NCBI GenBank assembly: GCA_002269645.1 | Contig: NIVC01000928.1 | Span: 248,001 to 312,000 of the forward strand | Length of the DNA: 64,000 bases | Origin: Macrostomum lignano | Lineage: Eukaryota | Direction: 5' to 3' | Shown here: positions 1 to 13,200 of the stretch, in pieces | Numbering within the stretch: position 1 is the first letter of the stretch | Layout: the number at the start of each line of letters is the position of its first letter | Position numbers and translations under genes: made by a program | The notes under the pieces: generated by a model | Told to the model about the DNA's origin: nothing | The model's input: only the letters and a program-made list of their open reading frames with translations | Database searches by the model: none

Positions 1-6
1 ATATGT

Positions 7-1075
<1,069 letters not shown>

Positions 1076-1212
1076 TGTCCGGCTTACCTTGAAAATGGGG
1101 CGGCACAGGTAATTCTCTTTAACAGGCAGCAGACTAAAATGCAGTTCAATGATGAATTTCTTGAAAACAAACTCGCTTCAGATTTTGAGCAGCTCAAGCG
1201 GCAGTTACTCAC

Positions 1213-4200
1213 CGAGCCATCTCGCTCAGCTGCAGTTTGCCGTCCCTGTTCTGATCGAACAGTTGCAGCTGCAAGAATCCGAGATCAAAAGCTACTTCAG
1301 TAAATGCGGATTCGTCAGGGGCATGACAACATCCGTCTATTTGTAAGATAAAAACACACAGAGCTCGCAACCGGGATCAGTTATTCGGCTCATTCCATGC
1401 CGATTTGCGTGACAAATAGATTTGCTACTGTGAGTTGATAGAAACATAGAAGCCTCCGAAAAACCCCATCTGGATGATGAAGCTGAATCAGTTTCTTTTT
1501 AATGCACCATAAATTTTCATTCATTTAGTGACCCGAATTGCGTGACATCAACTGGGGATTATGGAATAATAAATGCAATATTGTGAAAGCGAAGGATAAG
1601 AAGGCAGAGTGGGGAAGAGGGAGGCAGGGTGAGGTCGGGTGAGGCAGAGTGAGGTAGAGTGAGGTAGGGTGAGGTAGAGTGAGGTAGAGTGAGGTAGAGT
1701 GAGGTAAAGTGAGGTAGGGTGAGGTAGAGTGAGGTAGGGTGAGGTCGGGTGAGGCAGAGTGAGGTAGAGTGAGGTAGGGTGAGGTAGAGTGAGGCAGAGT
1801 GAGGTAGAGTGAGGTAGAGTGAGGTAGAGTAAGATAGGGTGAGGTAGAGTGAGGTAGGGTGAGGTAGGGTGAGGTAGGGTGAGGCAGGGTGAGGCAGAGG
1901 GAGGCAGAGTGAGGTAGAGTGAGGTGGAGTGAGGTAGGGTGAGGTAGAGTGAGGCAGAGTGAGGTAGAGTGAGGTAGAGTGAGGTAGAGTGAGGTAGAGT
2001 GAGGTAGAGTGAGGTAGGGTGAGGTAGAGTGAGGCAGAGTGAGGTAGAGTGAGGTAGAGTGAGGTAGGGTGAGGCAGGGTGAGGCAGAGGGAGGCAGAGT
2101 GAGGTCGGGTGAGGGAGAGTGAGGCAGAGTGAGGCAGAGGGACGCAGAGTGAGGTAGAGTGAGGCAGAGTGAGGCAGAGGGAGGCAGAGTGAGGCAGAGT
2201 GAGGCAGAGTGAGGTAGAGTGAGGCAGAGTGAGGCAGAGGGAGGCAGAGTGAGGCAGAGTGAGGCAGAGTGAGGTAGAGTGAGGCAGAGTGAGGCAGAGG
2301 GAGGCAGAGTGAGGCAGAGTGAGGCAGAGTGAAGCAGAGTGAGGCAGAGTGAGGTAGGGTGAGGTCGGGTGAGGCAGAGTGAGGTAGAGTGAGGTAGGGT
2401 GAGGTCGAGTGAGGCAGAGTGAGGTAGAGTGAGAAAGGGTGAGGTCGGGTGAGGCAGAGTGAGGTAGAGTGAGGTAGGGTGAGGTAGAGTGAGGCAGAGT
2501 GAGGTAGAGTGAGGTAGAGTGAGGTAGGGTGAGGTAGGGTGAGGTAGGGTGAGGTAGAGTGAGGCAGGGTGAGGCAGAGGGAGGCAGAGTGAGGTAGAGT
2601 GAGGTAGAGTGAGGTAGGGTGAGGTAGAGTGAGGCAGAGTGAGGTAGAGTGAGGTAGAGTGAGGTAGGGTGAGGCAGGGTGAGGCAGAGGGAGGCAGAGT
2701 GAGGTCGGGTGAGGGAGAGTGAGGCAGAGTGAGGCAGAGGGAGGTAGAGTGAGGTAGAGTGAGGCAGAGTGAGGCAGAGTGAGGTAGAGTGAGGCAGAGT
2801 GAGGCAGAGGGAGGCAGAGGGAGGTAGAGTGAGGCAGGGTGAGGTAGAGTGAGGGAGAGTGAGGCAGGGTGAGGCAGAGGGAGGCAGAGTGAGGGAGAGT
2901 GAGGCAGAGTGAGGCAGGGTGAGGTAGAGTGAGGGAGAGTGAGGCAGGGTGAGGCAGAGGGAGGCAGAGTGAGGGAGAGTGAGGGAGAGTGAGGCAGGGT
3001 GAGGCAGAGGGAGGCAGAGTGAGGGAGAGTGAGGCAGAGTGAGGCAGGGTGAGGTAGAGTGAGGTAGGTGAGGTAGGGTGAGGTAGAGTGAGGCAGGGTG
3101 AGGTAGAGTGAGGCAGAGTGAGGCAGAGGGAAGCAGGGTGAGGTAGAGTGAGGTCGGGTGAGGTCGGGTGAGGTAGAGTGAGGTAGGGTGAGGTCGGGTG
3201 AGGTAGAGTGAGGTCGGGTGACGTAGAGTGAGTTCGGGTGAGGTAGAGTGAGGTAGAGTGAGGTAGGTGAGGTAGAGTGAGGCAGGGCGACGTAGAGTGA
3301 GGTAGAGTGAGGTAGGTGAGGTAGGGTGAGGTAGAGTGAGGTAGAGTGAGGTAGGGTGAGGTAGGGTGAGGTAGGGTGAGGCAGGGTGAGGCAGAGGGAG
3401 GCAGAGTGAGGTAGAGTGAGGTGGAGTGAGGTAGGGTGAGGTAGAGTGAGGCAGAGTGAGGTAGAGTGAGGTAGAAAGAGGTAGAGTGAGGTAGAGTGAG
3501 GTAGAGTGAGGTAGAGTGAGGTAGGGTGAGGTAGAGTGAGGCAGAGTGAGGTAGAGTGAGGTAGAGTGAGGTAGGGTGAGGCAGGGTGAGGCAGAGGGAG
3601 GCAGAGTGAGGTCGGGTGAGGGAGAGTGAGGCAGAGTGAGGCAGAGGGACGCAGAGTGAGGTAGAGTGAGGCAGAGTGAGGCAGAGGGAGGCAGAGTGAG
3701 GCAGAGTGAGGCAGAGTGAGGTAGAGTGAGGCAGAGTGAGGCAGAGGGAGGCAGAGTGAGGCAGAGTGAGGCAGAGTGAGGCAGAGTGAGGTAGAGTGAG
3801 AAAGGGTGAGGTCGGGTGAGGCAGAGTGAGGTAGAGTGAGGTAGGGTGAGGTAGAGTGAGGCAGAGTGAGGTAGAGTGAGGTAGAGTGAGGTAGGGTGAG
3901 GTAGAGTGAGGCAGAGTGAGGTAGAGTGAGGTAGAGTGAGGTAGAGTGAGGTAGAGTGAGGTAGAGTGAGGTAGGGTGAGGTAGAGTGAGGCAGAGTGAG
4001 GTAGAGTGAGGTAGAGTGAGGTAGGGTGAGGCAGGGTGAGGCAGAGGGAGGCAGAGTGAGGTCGGGTGAGGGAGAGTAAGGCAGAGTGAGGCAGAGGGAC
4101 GCAGAGTGAGGTAGAGTGAGGCAGAGTGAGGCAGAGGGAGGCAGAGGGAGGCAGAGTGAGGCAGAGTGAGGTAGAGTGAGGCAGAGTGAGGCAGAGGGAG

Positions 4201-7200
4201 GCAGAGTGAGGCAGAGTGAGGCAGAGTGAGGCAGAGTGAGGCAGAGTGAGGCAGAGGGAGGCAGAGTGAGGCAGAGTGAGGCAGAGTGAGGCAGAGTGAG
4301 GCAGAGTGAGGTAGGGTGAGGTCGGGTAAGGCAGAGTGAGGTAGAGTGAGGTAGGGTGAGGTCGAGTGAGGCAGAGTGAGGTAGAGTGAGAAAGGGTGAG
4401 GTCGGGTGAGGCAGAGTGAGGTAGAGTGAGGTAGGGTGAGGTAGAGTGAGGCAGAGTGAGGTAGAGTGAGGTAGAGTGAGGTAGGGTGAGGTAGGGTGAG
4501 GTAGAGTGAGGCAGGGTGAGGCAGAGGGAGGCAGAGTGAGGTAGAGTGAGGTAGAGTGAGGTAGGGTGAGGTAGAGTGAGGCAGAGTGAGGTAGAGTGAG
4601 GTAGAGTGAGGTAGGGTGAGGCAGGGTGAGGCAGAGGGAGGCAGAGTGAGGTCGGGTGAGGGAGAGTGAGGCAGAGTGAGGCAGAGGGAGGTAGAGTGAG
4701 GTAGAGTGAGGCAGAGTGAGGCAGAGTGAGGTAGAGTGAGGCAGAGTGAGGCAGAGGGAGGCAGAGGGAGGTAGAGTGAGGCAGGGTGAGGTAGAGTGAG
4801 GGAGAGTGAGGCAGGGTGAGGCAGAGGGAGGCAGAGTGAGGGAGAGTGAGGCAGAGTGAGGCAGGGTGAGGTAGAGTGAGGGAGAGTGAGGCAGGGTGAG
4901 GCAGAGGGAGGCAGAGTGAGGGAGAGTGAGGCAGAGTGAGGCAGGGTGAGGTAGAGTGAGGTAGGTGAGGTAGGGTGAGGTAGAGTGAGGCAGGGTGAGG
5001 CAGAGGGAGGCAGAGTGAGGGAGAGTGAGGCAGAGTGAGGCAGGGTGAGGTAGAGTGAGGTAGGTGAGGTAGGGTGAGGTAGAGTGAGGCAGGGTGAGGT
5101 AGAGTGAGGCAGAGTGAGGCAGAGGGAGGCAGGGTGAGGTAGAGTGAGGTCGGGTGAGGTCGGGTGAGGTAGAGTGAGGTCGGGTGAGGTCGGGTGAGGT
5201 AGAGTGAGGTCGGGTGACGTAGAGTGAGTTCGGGTGAGGTAGAGTGAGGTAGAGTGAGGTAGGTGAGGTAGAGTGAGGCAGGGCGACGTAGAGTGAGGTA
5301 GAGTGAGGTAGGTGAGGTAGGTGAGGTAGAGTGAGGTAGAGTGAGGTAGGTGAGGTAGAGTGAGGCAGGGCGAGGTAGAGTGAGGTAGAGTGAGGTAGAG
5401 TGAGGTAGGTGAGGTAGAGTGAGGTAGGTGAGGTAGAGTGAGGTAGGTGAGGTAGGTGAGGTAGAGTGAGGTAGAGTGAGGTAGGTGAGGTAGGTGAGGT
5501 AGGTGAGGTAGAGTGAGGTAGGTGAGGTAGAGTGAGGTAGAGTGAGGTAGGTGAGGTAGAGTGAGGTAGGTGAGGTAGAGTGAGGTAGGTGAGGAAGAGT
5601 GAGGTAGAGTGAGGTAGAGTGAGGTAGAGTGAGGTAGAGTGAAGTAGAGTGCAGGCTCATAAAATGAGTCTAAAGTCAGGTAAACAGTAAACCTTAATTA
5701 TCACGACAAAAGCCCCGAACTCGAGCCAGACCCCGCCCCTCGAGTTGAGTCGGCGATTGCTGAAAAAATCGTTTCTTACAAAAAGTGAAAGCGCGTGCCA
5801 GGGAACTCGCCTGACTCCTATCACATTTCCTGACCAATCTGTGCTGCTTCTATTGCTGAGAATAATTTGTACTTGCCATGGTGTCCGTGTACTCAATCAG
5901 CTTGTCCTCCGTCACAGGCTTGTCAGCTGAATCCAGGATGCTCTTGAGAAAATCCTGCGGGTGGAGTTGAATAAAATCGGTGCATTATTGACTAATTGAT
6001 CAGATGGATTGCTAATCTAGCCAATGATAAAGAATAAAGAGTTGAATGGATTGCTAATCTAGCCAATGTTAAATATTAAAGAGTGGAATGGATTGCTAAT
6101 CTAGCCAATGTTAAAGATTGAAGAGTGGAATGGATTGCTAATCTAGCCAACGTTAAAGATTACAGAGTGGAATGGATTGCTAATCTAGCCAATGTTAAAG
6201 ATTACAGAGTGGAATGGATTGCTAATCTAGCCAATGTTAAAGATTACAGAGTGGAATGGATTGCTAATCTAGCCAATGTTAAAGATTGAAGAGTGGAATG
6301 GATTGCTAATCTAGCCAATGTTAAAGATTGAAGAGTGGAATGGATTGCTAATCTAGCCAATGTTAAAGATTGAAGAGTGGAATGGATTGCTAATCTAGCC
6401 AATGTTAAAGATTACAGAGTGGAATGGATTGCTAATCTAGCCAATGTTAAAGATTATAGAGTGGAATGGATTGCTAATCTAGCCAATGGTAAAGATTACA
6501 GAGTGGAATGGATTGCTAATCTAGCCAATGTTAAAGATTGAAGAGTGGAATGGATTGCTAATCTAGCCAACGTTAAAGATTACAGAGTGGAATGGATTGC
6601 TAATCTAGCCAATGTTAAAGATTACAGAGTGGAATGGATTGCTAATCTAGCCAATGTTAAAGATTACAGAGTGGAATGGATTGCTAATCTAGCCAATGTT
6701 AAAGATTATAGAGTGGAATGGATTGCTAATATAGCCAATGTTAAAGATTGAAGAGTGGAATGGATTGCTAATCTAGCCAATGTTAAAGAATGAAGAGTCG
6801 AATGGATTGCTAATCTAGCCAATGTTAAAGATTATAGAGTGGAATGGATTGCTAATCTAGCCAATGGTAAAGATTACAGAGTGGAATGGATTGCTAATCT
6901 AGCCAATGTTAAAGATTACAGAGTGGAATGGATTGCTAATCTAGCCAATGTTAAAGATTAAAGAGTGGAATGGATTGCTAATCTAGCCAATGTTAAAGAT
7001 TAAAGAGTGGAATGGATTGCTAATCTAGCCAATGTTAAAGATTAAAGAGTGGAATGGATTGCTAATCTAGCCAGTGTTAAAGATTACAGAGTGGAATGGG
7101 TTGCTAATCTAGCCAATGTTAAAGATTAAAGAGTGGAATGGATTGCTAATCTAGCCAATGTTAAAGATTAAAGAGTGGAATGGATTGCTAATCTAGCCAA

Positions 7201-10200
7201 TGTTAAAGATTAAAGAGTGGAATGGATTGCTAATCTAGCCAATGATAAAGAATAAAGAGTGGAATGGATTGCTAATCTAGCCAATGATAAAGAATGAAGA
7301 GTGGAATGGATTGCTAATCTAGCCAATGATAAAGAATGAAGAGTGGAATGGATTGCTAATCTAGCCAATGATAAAGAATGAAGAGTGGAATGGATTGCTA
7401 ATCTAGCCAACATGGATGAGGGGATATATAGGCCTGGAGTAATTATTTACTTAAGTCATAAGAATCTAGAAGAGAAGACAGCACAGCACTTGGGCCCAAA
7501 GTCAGAAAAACTGTTCCATACCTTCAGTTCGTCAGCCTCAATGAAGCCAGAGTTGTCCTTGTCGAACTGTTTCCAGATCTGCAATTAAAACAAGCGACCA
7601 GTGCTGATAAAGAAGATTTTATTCTCAGAAAGCCGAGAGGCTTCTGTTTCCGACAGGTTCTGAAAAATTCCCCGTAAAGAACCGCTTTTAAGGCGATGCG
7701 CATTTTGGGAAATTTCACCAGAAGATTTCCAGCTCAGATCTGGTTAAACTATATTTAGAACTGAGAATTTTGCTTCCAATGAATTTGAACTACGCTAAAA
7801 TAACAATTTTAAGCTGAGCTGAAGAACCATAATGGAAACACTCCGACCACGTCCATATTAAAGTACTTTTGCCTTAAGAAGTCAGGGGTTTAGAGCAAGT
7901 CTTGGGGCAGATTGGAGTTGCTTGATGAAAATAAAATGGGGTGTACAAGTAGAGTGAGGGGTAAGATGACTGGGGGTAAGAGGGCAGAGAGTGAGGGGCC
8001 GTTATTGGGGTAAGGTGTAAGAGGGGTAGAGGGGAAGAGAGTGAGGGGCCGTGATTGGGGTAAGGGGTGAGAGGGGTAGAGGGGCAGAGAGTGAGGGGCC
8101 GTGATTGGGGTAAGGGGAAAGAGGGGTAGAGGGGCAGAGAGTGAGGGGCCGTGATTGGGGTAAGGGGTAAGAGGGGTAGAGGGGCAGAGAGTGAGGGGCC
8201 GTGATTGGGGTAAGGGGTAAGAGGGGTAGAGGGGCAGAGAGTGAGGGGCCGTGATTGGGGTAAGGGGTAAGAGGGGTAGAGGGGCAGAGAGTGAGGGGCC
8301 GTGATTGGGGTAGGGTAAGAGGGGTAGAGGGGCAGAGAGTGAGGGCCGTGATTGGGGTAAGGGGTAAGAGGGGTAGAGGGGCAGAGAGTGAGGGGCCTTG
8401 ATTGAGATAGAAAGGTTAAAAAGCAGTCAATTTCTATACCGAATCTCATGTAATGCACCTGATTTAATAAGACAACCCAGCCTACCTGAAAATACTTATG
8501 ACCCGCCCACTTGCACGCCTATTTTATTTTATTTGCTTTTCTACAAACTTTTCTGCTCCATAGCAACGCGCAGACGGTTTATCCAGCTGATGCTCTGCTG
8601 AGAACTAGACTGCATTAAATTGATGACCAAGTATGTAATTAATAGTCTGTGGTTGCATTCTTGACCGGGAACTGAGTAAGGGAGTTGCTAGGCGGACAGA
8701 CACAACACGCAAAGCTGGCTGCAAAGTGATGTATGGAGCTGAGCACTGAATCAGCTAGGGCGATGGGGCGGCGGTGTAATGAGCTGATGCTGAGCTGCCC
8801 CAGCTGGGAGGCTGGTGAGACTTGGCTGCTGTGTAGTGCCATTTTCATGTGTGCGGCTTTGAGAGCGCATTCTGGGCTGAGGGATTGAATTCAAGCTTAG
8901 AGAGACTGTCTGTGAGTGGGTGGGGTGAGACAATGAGAAACATGGAGAAAGTAGTTGTAGTAGAAACAGAGAGATTGGAGAGAGGGGAGAGAGGATAGAG
9001 AGAGGGGAGAGGGGGAGAGGGGAGAGAGGGGAAGAGATGAGGAGAGAAAGGAAAGAGAGGGGAAGAGAGGGGAAGAGAGGGGAAGAGAGGGTAAGAGAGG
9101 GGAAGAGAGGGGAAGAGAGGAGAAGAGAGGGTAAGAGAGGGGAAGAGAGGGGAAGAGAGGGGAAGAGAGGGGAAGAGAGGGGAAGAGAGGGGAAGAGAGG
9201 GGAAGAGAGGGGAAGAGAGGGGAAGAGAGGGGAAGAGAGGGGAAGAGATGAGGAGAGAAAGGAAAGAGAGGGGAAGAGAGGGGAAGAGAGGGGAAGAGAG
9301 GGGAAGAGAGGGGAAGAGAGGGGAAGAGAGGGTAAGAGAGGGGAAGAGAGGGGAAGAGAGGGGAAGAGAGGGGAAGAGAGGGGAAGAGAGGGGAAGAGAG
9401 GGGAAGAGAGAGGAAGAGAGGGGAGAGACGCGGTAGCGGGTGCAAGACAGGGGAGACAGGAGAGGAGGAGCAGGCTGATGAGGCTGTGCAGAAAAAAGCA
9501 TTTGCAAGTCACTGAGTGAACTGGCGAGGAAGTTGCGGGCACCTCAATTTAGATGGCAGGGAAAATGAGAAAACTTGTCGCCTGTCCGACCCCTCAGTTT
9601 CAGCCAGCATGCAGACACACGCGGCGGGGTGCCCTGGGGAACAAAGGGATGCCCCGCTCCCAGAAAGTTTTCCCAGATGCTCTGGTGGTCTCAAGTGTGC
9701 ATCTGGTTGTTTATGCTGGCCAGAATTGCTGAGACAGGAGCTGCGGCAGTACTTGATGCTGGGAACTTGGAGGCAGAGGGTGAATTCCCGGCATAACCCC
9801 GGCTCCGGAAGCCGCTACCAGCTGCAGGGGGGGGGGGCAACAATGCTTCTGTTGTGAAGGCGTGACGGGGTTTGACACAATCTGAGCTGAGGCCAGCAAG
9901 CTTTGCCTGAACTGGCTGGCTCTCAGGAAGCCTTGGAGGCCGGCCGTTGTGGAAGTTTTGAACTTTTCTGTCAATAATGTGGTTATGATGCATGCTTGGA
10001 ACGAGAGGCTCTCTGGGTTTCCCGTTTTAACAAGGGCTCAGACTGCACTTCTAGCTGCTTTGTATAACTTGCTGAACACTTTAAAGAACTTGAAATTCAT
10101 ATTTACTTTTTATGCATTACCCGCACGTAACACCCAAGCATAACACCTCAAACACCAAGCATAACGCCTCGAACACCCAAGCATAACACCTCAAACACCA

Positions 10201-13200
10201 AGCATAACACCCCGAAAACCCAAGCATAACACCTCAAACACCAAGCATAACACCCCGAAAACCCAAGCATAACACCTCAAACACCAAGTATAACACCCCG
10301 AAAACCCAAGCATAACACCTCAAACACCAAGCAAAACACCCCGAAAACCCAAGCATAACACCTCAAACACCAAGCATAACACCCCGAAAACCCAAGCATA
10401 ACACCCCGAAAACCCAAGCATAACACCTCAAACACCAAGCATAACACCTCGAACACCCAAGCATAACACATCGAACACCCAAGCATAACACCTCGAACAC
10501 CCAAGCATAACACCTCGAACACCCAAGCATAACACCTCGAACACCCAAGCATAACACCTCGAACACCCAAGCATAACACCTCGAACACCCAAGCATAACA
10601 CCTCGAACACTTACGCGCATGAACTCCACGCTGGAATCCACAGGATTGTTGCGTCGGAACAGAAGCAGAAAGTTTTCTTCAGTTGGCAGAATTTGGGAAA
10701 GCTTGAAAATTAGAATAAAGTGGCAAATTAATATTATAAGTAGATAAGCTATCATAGCAGTTAATTTAGTTCAAGAACTCATGCTGTCTCACTTCTCCAA
10801 TCTCGATCTTGCCGTCAAGGTTTTCATCGAAGGCCTCCATAAAGTCCTTCTTCATCTGGGCCATGGCTGTCTCAGAAACCACCTGTTTAAAAGTTATTTT
10901 TATCAGGTGCTACTTCAGAATTCACCTAGTAGGTAGTATTAAACTTGTGCTTTTACAGCCTTTATATGAATAGTATCAAGATTTGCAGTATCCCATGAGG
11001 GCCAAAGCTTCCCATGAGGGCCAGTGTGAGCGTCATAAGCTTGCAGCAGGAGCCACAGTCTCTGGTCTGAACGTCTGGGGTTAGGGCCATAGACACTAAC
11101 TTCTGCTGCTAATTCTTAAGAGCAGCAGAAGCTACAGTCTATGGTCTGAACCCCGGGGTTTGGGCCATAGACACCAGCTACTGCTGCTAATTCTTAAGAG
11201 CAGCTGAAACTACAGTCTCTGGTCTGAACCCCGGGGTTTGGGCCATAGACACCAGCTGCTGCTGCTAATTCTTAAGAGCAGCTGAAACTACAGTCTCTGG
11301 TCTGAACCCCGGGGTTTGGGCCATAGACACCAGCTGCTGCTGCTAATTCTTAAGAGCAGCTGAAGCTACAGTCTCTGGTCTGAACCCCGGGGTTTGGGCC
11401 ATAGACACCAGCCGCTGCTGCTAATGCCCATCTATGTGACTAAGAAAAACCCAGTGTCGCGTCTTTCTGCTTCAGCTGTTCATGGTGAGTGCAGTGGAAG
11501 TTTCCACCAATTCAAAGAACTGAAACATCTGTGTGACAGTCGCTCACCTCATTGCCAGCATCCTCAGACACCACGGAGGAAATGAACTCGTGAAGGAACT
11601 CGTCCAGTTCAGCGCCCTCGATGAAGCCGTTGCCTGAGCAGGGCGGGAGGGCAGTTTCACAGCAATTGAGAGCTCGGACGCCCATAATGGTTATGGCTGG
11701 TAATTTATTCATCAATGAAGATTGACGCATGAACTCCTCCCTGTCTCAGGGATAACAATGGAGCTCAACTTCCTTTAGCGTTATAGAGATGCAGGTTAGG
11801 GGCTCAATGTGAGAATTGGGCTGGATTATGCTGCATTGGGATTAATTCATGCTTCTCAGCTCAGGACAGGCGCTCCCTTATCAGCATGGAAGGGAATTCT
11901 CTCGAATGTCAAGAGACTGTGGGTTGCATCGTAAAATGCAAATCCAACTGTGGCAGCTGGGCAACCCCCGCCCCAGACGCCAGTGAATTGTAAATTTCCC
12001 CATTCTGCATTCTCCCATCTGAAATTTTATTCTGTAAAACTGAATCCAAGACAGGAGAGTCGCAACAGCTGAACTTTCGAAAAGTTCATCGGGTGCACTT
12101 TTTCGCTCCTTGCACTGCGGTAGCCTGTACAAGAAAATTGCACTATCAATCAAGCTCGGTCTCAGAGACCCTGTGCACCATTTCACTTCTTTGAAGTTTC
12201 TTTTCACCCTATAAAAGATTTTCCAAGCAGCGACAAGCTGCAATTCTGAAAATTTGAATGCGGAATTCCACCTGGGCATCCGGGAAATGAAATAAATGTC
12301 AGCATGCGAACATTTGCTTCTTAATGTCTTGCAGTCTCCATCGGGATGAAGGATGCGATGAACTTGAAGGAGTGGGTCAGACAGCATCCTGTGCATCCGG
12401 TATTCGTTTTGCCCCCTCGGCTGGCCTGACACTGCAGACGGGACGGCAGCTGCACTTCTGCCTCTCTGTGTGCTCCCGTGCCGCAATGAAGATAATGTTA
12501 GATGAGATTAGATGAGATTAGATAAGATTAGATAGGACTAGATCAGATCAGATTAGATTAGATTAGATTAGATTAGATTAGATTAGATAGGACTAGATCA
12601 GATCAGATTAGATTAGATTAGATTAGATTAGATTAGATTAGATTAGATTAGATAGGACTAGATCAGATCAGATTAGATTAGATTAGATTAGATTAGATAG
12701 GACTAGATCAGATCAGATTAGATTAGATTAGATAAGAAGAGATATGACAGGATGAGATGAGATTAGATTAGATGAGATTAGGCGGGACTAGATCAGATTA
12801 GATTAGATTAGATAAAATAAGATTATATGAGATTATATGAGATAAGACAGGATGAGATTAGATAAGATAAGATTAGATCAGACTAGATCAGATCAGATAA
12901 GACAATATACAATAGACAATAGATTGGATTAGATGAGATTATATGAGATTAGATGAGATAAGATTAGATCAGACTAGATCAGATCAGATAAGACAATATA
13001 CAATAGATTGGATTAGATGAGATTAGATGATATAAGACAGGATGAGATTAGATGAGACTAGAACGTAGATTCGCAGGGCGAGTTGCTGGGGAACCGGGAC
13101 CTTAACGCCCCCCCCCCCCGCCAGACCAATTTGCCCATCGACCCGGCCGCAATCAACTTGTTGCTTGTTGCAAAGCAGAGATCGGGGAGATCAATAAATT

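Noticed and set aside
1548-5660. 1370-aa ORF on the - strand
   Set aside because: Translation of the 10-bp satellite, which lacks stops on that strand; it lies inside a calbindin intron.
11881-12486. 201-aa ORF in a calbindin intron
   Set aside because: No recognisable domain, no splice context, and random-looking composition.
12495-13060. Telomeric repeat
   Set aside because: The unit is GATTA/TTAGA, not TTAGGG or TTAGG, and it is mixed with other pentamers.
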